A DNA stretch of 64,000 nt from Candidatus Latescibacterota bacterium (GCA_965203355.1 OZ241889.1:3392001-3456000); one strand, 5' to 3'. Positions 40,548 through 50,192 are shown, counted from the stretch's first letter. Numbers and translations are program-made. Notes: generated from the sequence alone by a model not told the origin.

Positions 40548-40881
40548 GCGGGGCTTACCGACGCGGCCGGGCAGAATAAGGCCGTTTCCCGCTTCCGTAG
40601 AGGAAGGGGAGCGAGGCAAATAGGTTGGTGAGTGAAGCTAGGGCTTAATGCCCAAGAAAATTCGGGGGGGGGGGTAAGTGTTTGTTTTTTAACGACTTAT
40701 GACGATCAAGTCTCGACGTTATCGCAAGCGTAGAACAAGGCACCGCCATCAGCACCGCTCCCGGCGATGGCGTTCTTTGTGCTATTGACGTTGTGCCCAT
40801 GTCCTGTTAATCCGACTAAGAATGCCGCCAGCGGCCGAGGTTCTATAACCCAAACGCAACGCGCCGCTGTGCGCTGTGAAT
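40548..40881 (-). repeat. Conserved leader element with C11 tract (G11 on +), copy 2
   Basis: Reverse complement aligns to 26098-26406. Confidence 0.9.
40645..40800 (-). CDS. Putative leader peptide (51 aa) spanning the poly-C tract
   Basis: Hand translation MGTTSIAQRTPSPGAVLMAVPCSTLAITSRLDRHKSLKNKHLPPPPNFLGH*; homolog of 26162-26317. Confidence 0.55.
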   Translation of the reverse strand: MGTTSIAQRTPSPGAVLMAVPCSTLAITSRLDRHKSLKNKHLPPPPNFLGH

Positions 40882-40894
40882 TTCACACCTAACG

Positions 40895-40924
40895 ATTATA
40901 CAACCTCAGTTAAACGTTTGTCAA
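40895..40924 (-). promoter_or_regulatory. Consensus sigma70 promoter
   Basis: Minus strand reads TTGACA-N18-TATAAT directly upstream of the leader element. Confidence 0.75.
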
Positions 40925-40930
40925 ATGTAG

Positions 40931-41019
40931 GTCGTGGTTTTTGAAACTTAGCTTTACTCCCGTTGGATCGCCCCGGCTCCACCCCAAGCCCGACCTCAAC
41001 CGTACCACGACAATTGGAG
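40931..41019. repeat. Structured ~90-bp direct repeat, copy 2
   Basis: Homolog of 35384-35490; closed by a GTCGTGGT/ACCACGAC stem; just downstream of the rpe stop. Confidence 0.85.
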
Positions 41020-41028
41020 GTTGCCCGG

Positions 41029-41679
41029 TCAGCCGCGCAGGTCGGCGATGACGCTGGCTGGGTCTTGAGCACCGAAGATGGCGGAGCCGGCCACTAAGCG
41101 CTGGGCACCAGCACGGCGGCAGGCGGCTGCGTTGCCGGGATGGACGCCGCCGTCGATACCGACGGACACGGATAGCCCTCGGCGCTCGATTTCCGCGCAC
41201 AGATCGCGGATTTTGTCGAGGGCGGTGGGTTGGAAGGGCTGGCCGCCAAATCCCGGCTCCACGGACATGATCAAGGCCGAGTCGAGTTCGTCGAGATGGG
41301 GATAGAGGGCGGAGACAGGCGTTTGGGGGTTGATCGCAAGGCCGCACTGGAGACCGCGCTGGCGGATGGCGCTGAGGACGGCCCGGAGGTCGGATTCGAT
41401 TTCCACGTGGACCACGAGCGAGTCTGCGCCCGCTTCTTTGAAGGGGCCGATAAAGGGCAAAGGGTCTTGCAACATCAGGTGCGTGTCGAGTTCGAGGCGG
41501 GTAGTTTGGCGCACGGCCGCGACGACCGGCAGCCCAAAGCTGATGTTGGGGACGAAGTGCCCGTCCATTACGTCGAGATGGAGAAAGTCAGCCCCGCCGC
41601 GCTCGACGCGGCCGATGTCCTCGGCCAGGCGGGCAAAGTCGGCGGCCAAGAGCGATGGGCCGATGCGCAGGGTGCTCAC
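41029..41679 (-). CDS. rpe: Ribulose-phosphate 3-epimerase
   Basis: PSLLAADF, HLDVMDGHFVPNISFG, MSVEPGFGGQ, DGG. Confidence 0.97.
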   Translation of the reverse strand: MSTLRIGPSLLAADFARLAEDIGRVERGGADFLHLDVMDGHFVPNISFGLPVVAAVRQTTRLELDTHLMLQDPLPFIGPFKEAGADSLVVHVEIESDLRAVLSAIRQRGLQCGLAINPQTPVSALYPHLDELDSALIMSVEPGFGGQPFQPTALDKIRDLCAEIERRGLSVSVGIDGGVHPGNAAACRRAGAQRLVAGSAIFGAQDPASVIADLRG

Positions 41680-42449
41680 GGCTCCTCCCAACGGTCAAAG
41701 GCATCTGGCTTCGGGGGGGGAGCCGCGGCACTGACGACGAGGTCGATGCGGCTGTGACGTGGGATGCGCTGCTCGCTCGTAGGCTCTTGGGCTAGGACCG
41801 TGCCGCTGCGCTTTTGCTCGTCGACGCGCTTGGCGATGTGGCCGATGCGCAACTCGTATTTGCGCAAGGTGTCCGCCACGGCTTTGATGGACAGGCCGAT
41901 TAGATGCGGGACGCGCTTGAGGGCGGTGGGTGGTCCGTTGCTGATTTGGAGATCAACCGCACTATCGCGCGCAAGCTGAGCACCGGCGGGCGGCGACTGC
42001 CCGACGACCGCGCCTTCGGGGAGGGCGTCTGAAGAGCGGTAGAGAATTTGGCCGATCGCTAGCTGGTTTTCCTCTAGTTGCAAACGCGCCTCGCGCAGGC
42101 TAACCCGGCGTACATCGGGCACCTCGTAGTAGCGCGGTCCTTTGCTCACGGTCAAGACGATGCGCCGCCCTTCTTTGACCAACTGGCCGCCACTGGGATC
42201 TTGATCGACGACCGCGGCCGGGGGAACGGTTTCGTGGTGTAGCGAATCGCCGATGGTCATTTTCAGGCCAACTTCTTCGAGCCGGGCCGAGGCTTCGGAC
42301 GCGAAAAGGCCCTGGAGGGTGGGGACTTGGACGCTGGGCGTGTCAACTAAATACGGCATGATGACCACGTCGAGCAGGAGGAGGGCGATGATGCCAGCGG
42401 TAGCAGCACCCGCCGCGAGCAGGCCCAAGTGGCGCAGGATCTTTTTCAC
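41676..42449 (-). CDS. PASTA-domain membrane protein (three PASTA repeats)
   Basis: TM helix then VP....V..Q.P repeats; GTG start overlaps the rsmB stop. Confidence 0.85.
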   Translation of the reverse strand: MKKILRHLGLLAAGAATAGIIALLLLDVVIMPYLVDTPSVQVPTLQGLFASEASARLEEVGLKMTIGDSLHHETVPPAAVVDQDPSGGQLVKEGRRIVLTVSKGPRYYEVPDVRRVSLREARLQLEENQLAIGQILYRSSDALPEGAVVGQSPPAGAQLARDSAVDLQISNGPPTALKRVPHLIGLSIKAVADTLRKYELRIGHIAKRVDEQKRSGTVLAQEPTSEQRIPRHSRIDLVVSAAAPPPKPDAFDRWEEP

Positions 42450-43765
42450 GATGGGCAACGCTTTGTGATGCGCGCGGCAAAACTGCCGTCGTGGCCGTGT
42501 CGGCCCGGTATGGTCAGAACGTAGCGCCCAGCCCAAGGTTGGGCCGGGAAGTGCGTGTCGGCGCGCTCTAGCTGTGCCGTTGGGGTTTGCTTTAAGAAGC
42601 ACTCGACAATGGCCTCGTTTTCCTCCTCTTCCAAGCTACAGGTGCTATACACCAAGACGCCGCCGGGGCGCAGGTGCTCGTAAGCGCGTTGGATGAGTAC
42701 CTGTTGCCGCGTGGTCAATGCGGCTAACTCGGTGGGTTTGCGCCGCCAGCGGGCGTCTGGTCGCCGTCCGAGTACGCCCGTGGTGCTACAGGGCACATCG
42801 GCGAGGACGCGGTCGAAGGTGCCGCACCCAGGGGTCGTGCCGTCGCGGGCTATGGGGCGGATGGCCCGCAGCCGCAAGCGTTGGACGTTCTCGCGCACCC
42901 GCTTCAGGCGCGACAGCGAAATGTCGGCTGCTACGACCCAGCCGCGGTCGGCCATGGCGATGGCCGCTTGCACGGCTTTGCCGCCGGGTGCGCTGCACAG
43001 GTCGAGTAGGCGTTCGCCCGGCTGGGGGTCGAGCAGGGCCACGGCCAAGCCGGCGTTGGGGTCTTGGACTTGAAACTGCCCTTGCTGGTATGCGCGTGAG
43101 GCAAAGAGGTCCGCGCCGTTTGTCGCTCGATAAAAGCCCGGCCTCGCCTCGACTGGGACTAGGTCGAGTTCAGCGGCGGTTGCGCGGCTAGCGCGCAGCG
43201 AATTGAGATAGATGTTGAGCGGGGCGGGCTGGTTGTTGGCCGCGAGCAAAGGTTCGGCGATTGCGCGGCCCCAGCGGCGGACCCAGCGCTCGACCAACCA
43301 TTCGGGATGGGAATGGTACACCGCTAGGTAGCGCGTCAGGGTCTGCTGCTGATCGGGGTAGCTTATCCGCGTGCGTTGGCGCAGCAAGTTGCGGAGCACG
43401 GCATTGACTAGCGACGCGACGCCTTGGTGCGCCAAGTGCTTGGCTAGCTCGACCGAGGTATGGACGGCTGCGGACTGGGGTACGCGGTCGAGCCAGAAGA
43501 GTTGATAGGTGCCGAGGCGCAGGATGTGGCGCGCCCAAGGCGAGAGTTGGGCGACCGGACGCGCACAACAGGTGGCGATGATCCAATCGAGCCGCTTCTG
43601 CCACCGCACCACCCCGAGGACTAGCTGGCGGGCGAAGCGCACGTCGCGGTTGATCGGCAAGCGGGCGTCGAGTGCTCGCAGCAGTTCGTCGAAAGGGCGG
43701 GCTTGCTGCTCTAGGTCGCGGAGGAGGCGTACCGCCGCCAGGCGGGCTGGATCGGAAAAACGCAC
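42446..43765 (-). CDS. rsmB: 16S rRNA m5C967 methyltransferase
   Basis: NusB-like N-terminus, DLCSAPGGK, DVPCS, YSTCS. Confidence 0.93.
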   Translation of the reverse strand: MRFSDPARLAAVRLLRDLEQQARPFDELLRALDARLPINRDVRFARQLVLGVVRWQKRLDWIIATCCARPVAQLSPWARHILRLGTYQLFWLDRVPQSAAVHTSVELAKHLAHQGVASLVNAVLRNLLRQRTRISYPDQQQTLTRYLAVYHSHPEWLVERWVRRWGRAIAEPLLAANNQPAPLNIYLNSLRASRATAAELDLVPVEARPGFYRATNGADLFASRAYQQGQFQVQDPNAGLAVALLDPQPGERLLDLCSAPGGKAVQAAIAMADRGWVVAADISLSRLKRVRENVQRLRLRAIRPIARDGTTPGCGTFDRVLADVPCSTTGVLGRRPDARWRRKPTELAALTTRQQVLIQRAYEHLRPGGVLVYSTCSLEEEENEAIVECFLKQTPTAQLERADTHFPAQPWAGRYVLTIPGRHGHDGSFAARITKRCPS

Positions 43766-43768
43766 GGC

Positions 43769-44977
43769 TCAGCGCAAGAGGAGCATGGCGCGGTGTAACT
43801 CGGCCGAAGCCGTGCGCAGGCGGTATATGTAGAGGCCGCTGGCCGCGGGTGCGCCGGTTGCCGACTGGCTATCCCAGTGGACCACGTGCCGCCCTGGGGG
43901 GGTGCTCGCCGCAAAGGGCGTGGCCACCTTTTGACCTATTAGGTTGAAGATGTCGATCTGGGCAAACTGAGCGCCGCCGCCGGGGATGGCGAAGGGGATA
44001 GTGGTGCCGGCGTTGAAGGGATTGGGGTAGTTCTGCGCGAGGATGAGGTCGCGCGGCAGCGCGAAGCCGGACGGCTCTGAAACGGACGTGGGAAGGTCTC
44101 CCCATACTACTCGGTTTTCGGCGCACGAGCCTTCGGCGCAGGTCTTGAAAATGAGCGTGGTCGCCTGTTCGGCGTCGAGGAGCAGATAGGTCTGGCCGCG
44201 CTCATCGCTAGTGGTCGTCACCTGCTGGGTTGCGCCGGCCGGGATGGGGATGGCCTCGTCGTTGACGAGTGCGTATGCCGGCCCGGTGCCGGGATTGGTA
44301 ACGTCCCAAGTAAAAGACGCGCCAGGGCGGAAGTGTCCAGTTTGCAAGAGGCGCGCCGACACGAGGATTTCGCCGGCGCTGCTGTCGGCCACGCTGCCGG
44401 TACCGGCCGCAGAAAAGGAGGGGTTTTGCCCGACCGAGCGAAAGAAAATGCCATCCGGCAAAGCCTGCCCGTCGCCATCGCAGTAATTGCGCAAGAACGC
44501 GACTTGGGGGCGGATGTCGTCGCGCTCATTAAAGGAAGGCCCGATCGACACCACGTCGAGGTAGATGTCTATGGGTGTGGTGGGGCTGATAGAGTCGGCC
44601 AAGGTGAAAGCCATGCTGACGAGATGGCCCTCGCCCTCTATCCCGGCCCCGCCGAGGGTCGCGATGCCCCATTGAGCGGTTTGGCCTTTTATCTGCGGTG
44701 GCCCCGGAGCGACAAAGGAATTGGCCCGCGCTGTCTCGCCTAGTGCGCCCGCGATGGAGGCGATCGCGTTGGCAGGTTCCCAGCTAAATTCTAACTTGAC
44801 TTGGCGTACGCCGCTCATGTTGCGTGCCGAGACGCTGAACTCCACCGTGCTATCGGCGACAAACCCGCAAAAAGGACCTTCTTCACCAATGAAGATTTCG
44901 GCCTCTGCATTGGGACCAGCGGCCGCGAGGCCAGGCAACGCGATGGCGCCGAGGAGGGCTATATAGCAGAGTAGCAT
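43769..44977 (-). CDS. Secreted protein with FlgD/T9SS type-A-like CTD
   Basis: Signal peptide; QNYPNPFN.....F...GLYIYRL...MLLLR. Confidence 0.8.
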   Translation of the reverse strand: MLLCYIALLGAIALPGLAAAGPNAEAEIFIGEEGPFCGFVADSTVEFSVSARNMSGVRQVKLEFSWEPANAIASIAGALGETARANSFVAPGPPQIKGQTAQWGIATLGGAGIEGEGHLVSMAFTLADSISPTTPIDIYLDVVSIGPSFNERDDIRPQVAFLRNYCDGDGQALPDGIFFRSVGQNPSFSAAGTGSVADSSAGEILVSARLLQTGHFRPGASFTWDVTNPGTGPAYALVNDEAIPIPAGATQQVTTTSDERGQTYLLLDAEQATTLIFKTCAEGSCAENRVVWGDLPTSVSEPSGFALPRDLILAQNYPNPFNAGTTIPFAIPGGGAQFAQIDIFNLIGQKVATPFAASTPPGRHVVHWDSQSATGAPAASGLYIYRLRTASAELHRAMLLLR

Positions 44978-45235
44978 GCCCTTTACCTAAGTGATTGAGT
45001 TGGGAAAATACAGCGAGTAAATGTACGCAACGCTAGCGTCTAGGCAAGCGCACCGGCCCGGCCTTGAGCGGTTTTTGTGATGGTCTAAGCGGCACCAGAC
45101 AATACATTCAGAATCGAGTTACGGGCCAGGTGCTGCGCGTCCATCCCAGCCGCCATGCGCTCGACTTTTCGGGGCGAACAGACCGGGGCGGGTGGGTCGC
45201 TCGTCGGGTGCTTTTATGTGCGCGGGGATGCGGTG

Positions 45236-45268
45236 TGACTGACCACTGACCACTGGCTACTGACCACC
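45236..45268. repeat. Heptamer tandem repeat (CTGACCA)n
   Basis: GACTGACCACTGACCACTGGCTACTGACCAC in intergenic DNA. Confidence 0.65.
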
Positions 45269-45459
45269 TGCTTTTACGAGACGTTTCTAAAGCGGCCAGA
45301 AAGTGTTATGCTATTTCATGGCCGATGTTGGGATTTTCACCCAAGCGAAATCGGCCCAATTACCCGATACCCCTTTTCATTATAGTGCTTGTAGTGTATC
45401 GCGAAAAATTTGACGCAGCCATCCTCGGAGCCTTGTCGCTCCGCCTGACCTAAATACGT

Positions 45460-47139
45460 ATGCGCCGTTATCCCGTCTGGAATGTCCTTTGCGACGATCC
45501 GTACGACAGCTTGATCGATGCCCTGCTCGCCAGCCGCGGCCTGACCCGCGCCGAATTGCAAGTCGGTCCTGAAGCCCTGCATCCGCCCGAGCAAATGCAG
45601 GACATGGGCACTGCGGTGGCGCGTCTAGAACGCGCCGTGCGTAAGCGCGAGAAGATCGTCGTGTACGGCGATTACGATGTCGATGGGATTTGCAGCACCG
45701 CCGTGCTGATGGATTTTCTCGAGCGCGTGGGGGCCGACTGCGATTGCCTGTTGCCCGATCGCCACAAGGACGGATATGGCCTCGAGCCGCCAGGGGTCGA
45801 GCGTGCCATAGCAAAGGGCGCGTGCGTCATCGTCACGGTTGACAATGGCATCTCGGCCTACAAAGCCCTAGCGTTGGCTGAGATGCGCGGCGTGGAGGTC
45901 GTCGTCGTCGATCACCACCAGCAGCTCGCCGAACTACCGCGCGCGCTTGCCATCGTCAACCCCAATCGCCGCGATTGCGCGTATCCGTTCAAGGGCTTGG
46001 CCGGCGTCGGCGTCACCTTCAAGCTAGTGCAGGCCCTCAGCACAGCCTTTCTCGCCGGGGAGGAGCGCCGCCGCTATCTCAACGAACTGCTCGACCTCGT
46101 GGCCTTGGGAACGGTGGCCGATCTCGTGCCCGTGCTGGGGGAAAATCGCCTGTTTATCCAGCGCGGCCTGCAGATCTTCCAGCACACCAAACGCTTCGGG
46201 CTGCGCGCGCTCAAGCAGGTGGCCAGCTACCGGGACCAGCCCCTCGATGCTGCCAGCTTGGGTTTTCGCTTGGGCCCGCGGATCAATGTCGCGGGTCGTT
46301 TGAAGACGCCCGATATAGCACTGCGGCTTTTGCGTTCGACAAGCGAGGGGGAGGCTGCGCCGTTGGCCGACGAACTCAATCGGCTCAATTCCCAGCGGCA
46401 GGCGTGGCAGCGCGAGGGCATACGGGAGGTCGAGGAACAGGTCGGCTCGGAAGAGGATGTGGCGGATCGCATCATCGTGGTGCTGGGGGAGTGGAATTTG
46501 GGAATCATCGGCCTGTTGGCCAGTACGTTGTGCGAAAAATACGCCCGCCCCGCCGTCGTGTGTAGCCAAAGCGGCGCCCACGGCCTCTGCGTCGGCTCGG
46601 CGCGGAGCATCCCGGGCTACGACATCAGCGCTGGCATCCACGCCTGCCAAGAACACTTGCAGAAGCACGGCGGCCATCCGGCGGCCGCGGGTTTTTCGCT
46701 CGCCGTGGATGCCTTTGAGCGCTTTCGCCTCGCGCTGACCGATCACGCCAACGCCCACATTAGCACCGAGGACCTGCAACCGGCCTTGGACATTGACTTG
46801 ATGCTCAACCCGGTCGATTTGACGCTGGACACGGTGGAACAACTCGCCACGCTAGAGCCTTTTGGCACCGGCCTTCGGCGGCCGGTTTTTGCCCTGGCGG
46901 ACTGTCGGGTCGTTTGGGCGCGGCAGATCGGCACCGATGGTCGCCACTTCAAGGCCGAATTGGAGGTAGAAGGTCGCCGCTGTGTGGCGCTGTGGTGGAA
47001 CCAAAAAAACCTCGCGGATCAGGTGCGGCCGGGCGACCGGCTGAGTGCGGCTTTCGAGTTGGAGGTAGATACCTATGCGGGCGATGGTGCCGTGCAGATG
47101 GTGCTCAAGGATTTGTACTTGCAGGAGTCGGTAGCCTAG
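45460..47139 (+). CDS. recJ: ssDNA-specific exonuclease RecJ
   Basis: YGDYDVDG, TVDNG, DHH, GTVAD, GSARS, GGHPAAAG. Confidence 0.95.
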   Translation: MRRYPVWNVLCDDPYDSLIDALLASRGLTRAELQVGPEALHPPEQMQDMGTAVARLERAVRKREKIVVYGDYDVDGICSTAVLMDFLERVGADCDCLLPDRHKDGYGLEPPGVERAIAKGACVIVTVDNGISAYKALALAEMRGVEVVVVDHHQQLAELPRALAIVNPNRRDCAYPFKGLAGVGVTFKLVQALSTAFLAGEERRRYLNELLDLVALGTVADLVPVLGENRLFIQRGLQIFQHTKRFGLRALKQVASYRDQPLDAASLGFRLGPRINVAGRLKTPDIALRLLRSTSEGEAAPLADELNRLNSQRQAWQREGIREVEEQVGSEEDVADRIIVVLGEWNLGIIGLLASTLCEKYARPAVVCSQSGAHGLCVGSARSIPGYDISAGIHACQEHLQKHGGHPAAAGFSLAVDAFERFRLALTDHANAHISTEDLQPALDIDLMLNPVDLTLDTVEQLATLEPFGTGLRRPVFALADCRVVWARQIGTDGRHFKAELEVEGRRCVALWWNQKNLADQVRPGDRLSAAFELEVDTYAGDGAVQMVLKDLYLQESVA

Positions 47140-47168
47140 AGCGCCCGGCGAAATTGGAGAATGCAAAC

Positions 47169-48377
47169 GTGATAAGTTCCCAGTACACGCAGGAATTGTG
47201 CATCCGGGATAGCGACGCCAAGATCGTCCTCCTGGTCGTCGATGGCTTAGGCGGGTTGCCGCATCCCGCCACGGGCAAGTCCGAGCTGGAGACGGCCCAG
47301 TTGCCCAACTTAGACGCGCTGGCCAAGGGGGGCACCTGCGGCCTGCTCTCGCCGTTAGGGGGCGGCTTTACTCCGGGCAGTGGCCCGGCTCATTTGGCTC
47401 TTTTTGGCTACGATCCTTGGCAGAACCAGATCGGTCGCGGTGCTCTTTCGGCGCTTGGCTTGGGGCTGGACTTTGCCCCCGGCGACGTGGCGGCGCGTCT
47501 CAACTTTTGCACGGTAGATGCGGCGGGCCGAGTCTGCGACCGCCGCGCTGGCCGCATCCCCACGGAAAAAGGTCGCCAGCTCTGCGAAGTGTTGAGAGAA
47601 ATCCGAGTGCCCGGGGTGGAGGTGCAGGTCGCCGCTGAGATGGAGTATCGCGCGGGCGTGGTGTTTCGCGGCGCGGGCTTGGGCGACCAAGTCTCGGATT
47701 CGGACCCGCAGGTGACGGGCGTATCGCCCAAGCCGCTGACGGCGCTCGCGCCCGCTGCCGAGCGCACCGTCGAAGTGGCCAATGCCTTTTTAGCGCAAGC
47801 CGCTGTATTGCTCGCCGACGAGCATCCGGCCAACATGGTGTTGCTGCGGGGGTTTGGTCGCTATCCAGAGCTGGCGTCAATGGACGAGGCGTACGGGCTG
47901 AAGGCGCTGGGCATTGCTGGGTATCCCATGTATCGCGGCGTGGCCGGTGCCGTGGGCATGGATGTCGAAGCGGTCGGTTGGGACCTCGAATCCGAATTCT
48001 CGGTGCTCGAAAGCCGCTATGCGGACTACGACTTTTTCTACGTTCACGTCAAGAAGACCGACAGCGCGGGCGAGGACGGCGACTTCGACTTGAAGGTGCG
48101 GCTGCTGGCGGAGTTGGATGCCTACATTCCGAGGTTGCTCGCGCTGCAACCCGAGGTGCTCATCGTCACCGGCGACCACTCGACCCCGTCCATTATGCGC
48201 AGCCACAGTTGGCACCCCGTGCCCACGGTCATCGCTGGCCCGTGGGCGTTGGCCGACGCGGCCGATGAATTTTCTGAACGCGGTTGCAGCGCCGGCTGTC
48301 TCGGAATCGCGCCGTCCACTAGCTTGATGGCACTCGCTTTGGCCCACGCGCGCCGGCTCGACAAGTTCGGTGCTTGA
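47169..48377 (+). CDS. apgM: 2,3-bisphosphoglycerate-independent phosphoglycerate mutase (ApgM type)
   Basis: DGLGG, PGSGPAHLALFGYDP, DRRAGRI, TGDHSTP, HSWHPVP. Confidence 0.9.
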   Translation: MISSQYTQELCIRDSDAKIVLLVVDGLGGLPHPATGKSELETAQLPNLDALAKGGTCGLLSPLGGGFTPGSGPAHLALFGYDPWQNQIGRGALSALGLGLDFAPGDVAARLNFCTVDAAGRVCDRRAGRIPTEKGRQLCEVLREIRVPGVEVQVAAEMEYRAGVVFRGAGLGDQVSDSDPQVTGVSPKPLTALAPAAERTVEVANAFLAQAAVLLADEHPANMVLLRGFGRYPELASMDEAYGLKALGIAGYPMYRGVAGAVGMDVEAVGWDLESEFSVLESRYADYDFFYVHVKKTDSAGEDGDFDLKVRLLAELDAYIPRLLALQPEVLIVTGDHSTPSIMRSHSWHPVPTVIAGPWALADAADEFSERGCSAGCLGIAPSTSLMALALAHARRLDKFGA

Positions 48378-49227
48378 GATGATCGCGCCTCTGCGCATTG
48401 CCCATCGCGGCGCGTCTGGTCCGGGGTTGGCACCCGAGAACACCTTGGCCGCTTGCGAAAAGGCACTCCAGATCGGCGTTGACATACTCGAAATCGACGT
48501 GCGCGCCACCCGCGACGGCCAAGTCGTGGTCCTACACGACGCAACCCTTGATCGGACCACCGATGGCACCGGCCTAGTCGCCCATCTCTTGGGCGAGGAA
48601 GTGCGCCAATTCGATGCGGGCCGCTGGTTTAGCGCAGATTTTGCTGGCGAGCGCGTACCCTTGCTCGAAGACGTACTCGACTTGGCGCGGAACCAAGCCC
48701 TCGTACTGATAGAGATCAAAGCCGACGGCATGGCCGAGCGCGTCCTACAGGTGATTGAAGCGGCCCATGCGGTCGAGCGCGTCATGGTGCAGGCGTTCAA
48801 TCCGCAAACCGTCCGGCGACTCAACTTGCTCGCGCCGACCTTGCCCACCGCGCTGTTGGTCGGTCAGTTGCCGACGACGCCCTCGCGAGTGCGGGCGCGC
48901 CGCCTCGTGCGCCAAGTGCTGCGCGTGGGGGCCAACGCGCTGGCCATGTGGTACGCGGCATTAACCCCGCCCTTCCTCGAAGAGATGCGCCAGCGAGGCA
49001 TTGCGGTCTGGGCTTGGACCGTTGACGAGGATATTGCCATGCGCGACCTGGCGACGATGGGGGTGCAGGGGATCATCACCAATCGGCCAGACCAGCTGAA
49101 TCGAGTGCTCGACGAACTGGTCGCCGACGGGCCCCTGGGGCCGCCGTTGGGCCGGCGCATCAAGCGCAGTCGCTGGGGTCGCCGCCGCCAATGGCGCAAG
49201 CTCCAAGCGGCCAGGCGGGGCCGCTGA
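48370..49227 (+). CDS. Glycerophosphodiester phosphodiesterase
   Basis: IAHRGAS..APENT, EID, WTVD, IITNRPD. Confidence 0.9.
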   Translation: MLEMIAPLRIAHRGASGPGLAPENTLAACEKALQIGVDILEIDVRATRDGQVVVLHDATLDRTTDGTGLVAHLLGEEVRQFDAGRWFSADFAGERVPLLEDVLDLARNQALVLIEIKADGMAERVLQVIEAAHAVERVMVQAFNPQTVRRLNLLAPTLPTALLVGQLPTTPSRVRARRLVRQVLRVGANALAMWYAALTPPFLEEMRQRGIAVWAWTVDEDIAMRDLATMGVQGIITNRPDQLNRVLDELVADGPLGPPLGRRIKRSRWGRRRQWRKLQAARRGR

Positions 49228-49235
49228 GATCGCAG

Positions 49236-49442
49236 ATGCTCTACACCTTATTGGCGGTATTGCTGCTGGTTGTCGTGGTGCTGAAGTTCTGGTCGCCTTG
49301 GGGCCAGCGCTGCCCTCAGTGCCAAACGCGCCGGGAGGATGCGGAATATCCCTTGTGTCCGAATTGCGGGTGGATTTACGAAGTGCCTGGGGAAGAAGAC
49401 GATGATTTTGCGCAGGACGCCGACGAAAACGCGAAATTCTGA
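49236..49442 (+). CDS. Small membrane-anchored zinc-ribbon protein
   Basis: TM helix, CPQC and CPNC motifs, acidic tail. Confidence 0.65.
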   Translation: MLYTLLAVLLLVVVVLKFWSPWGQRCPQCQTRREDAEYPLCPNCGWIYEVPGEEDDDFAQDADENAKF

Positions 49443-49558
49443 AGGGGGTGCCGCTGCGCTGTCGCGCCCTGTTTGCGCTTGACAATACCTTGTACTTCCC
49501 TTTAGATTGTCTCTGATATTATAGAGGTACAGAACGTTCAAACTCAGGAAGGTGAACC

Positions 49559-50182
49559 ATGAAAATGCGGGCAATATCGCTGTTTGTCGCCGTCGCGGTT
49601 TTGGCCGGCTGCGACGACCCTCCCACAGCCGAACTCGACGCAGCCAAGCAAGCCCTTGACGCGGCTCGGGCTGCCGACGCCGAGCGCTTTGCCGCCAGCG
49701 AGTACTCGGCGGCGCAACGTGCGTACAGCGAAGCCGAGACAACGACCCAAACCGAAGACGAGCGTTTTTTCTTTTTCAAGAACTTTGAGCAGGCGCGGGC
49801 GCAAATCGCCGATGCCAAGAGCAAGGCCACACAGGCCGAGTCGGCCGCGCATGCCGAAAAGGAACGCCAGCATGCGGCCGCTGAAGCCGTGATTGCCGCG
49901 GCCCAAGACGCGATCACCGCCGCATACACTAGCCTAGAGGAAGCGCCGTCCGGCAAGGGCACAGAAGCCGATATTGAGGCCCTGCAAGCCGAGTTAAGTG
50001 CCGCCGAAGCCGATATAGACGCGGCCAAAGCCGCACTGGACAGCGAGAATTTCTCCAATGCTGAGTCCCTCGCCGGCAACGCGGATCTGAAGGCTACCGA
50101 GGTCGCCGACGGTGTGATAGTGGCCGTGGACAAATACCACGCGCTAGTCGAGAAGATGCGCCCTTGGTACGAGCGCTTCTGA
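49559..50182 (+). CDS. Ala-rich coiled-coil lipoprotein (DUF4398-like)
   Basis: Lipobox LAGC; PPTAELDAA..A...A..FA..EY..A helical pattern. Confidence 0.75.
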   Translation: MKMRAISLFVAVAVLAGCDDPPTAELDAAKQALDAARAADAERFAASEYSAAQRAYSEAETTTQTEDERFFFFKNFEQARAQIADAKSKATQAESAAHAEKERQHAAAEAVIAAAQDAITAAYTSLEEAPSGKGTEADIEALQAELSAAEADIDAAKAALDSENFSNAESLAGNADLKATEVADGVIVAVDKYHALVEKMRPWYERF

Positions 50183-50192
50183 GCGTGCGCCC

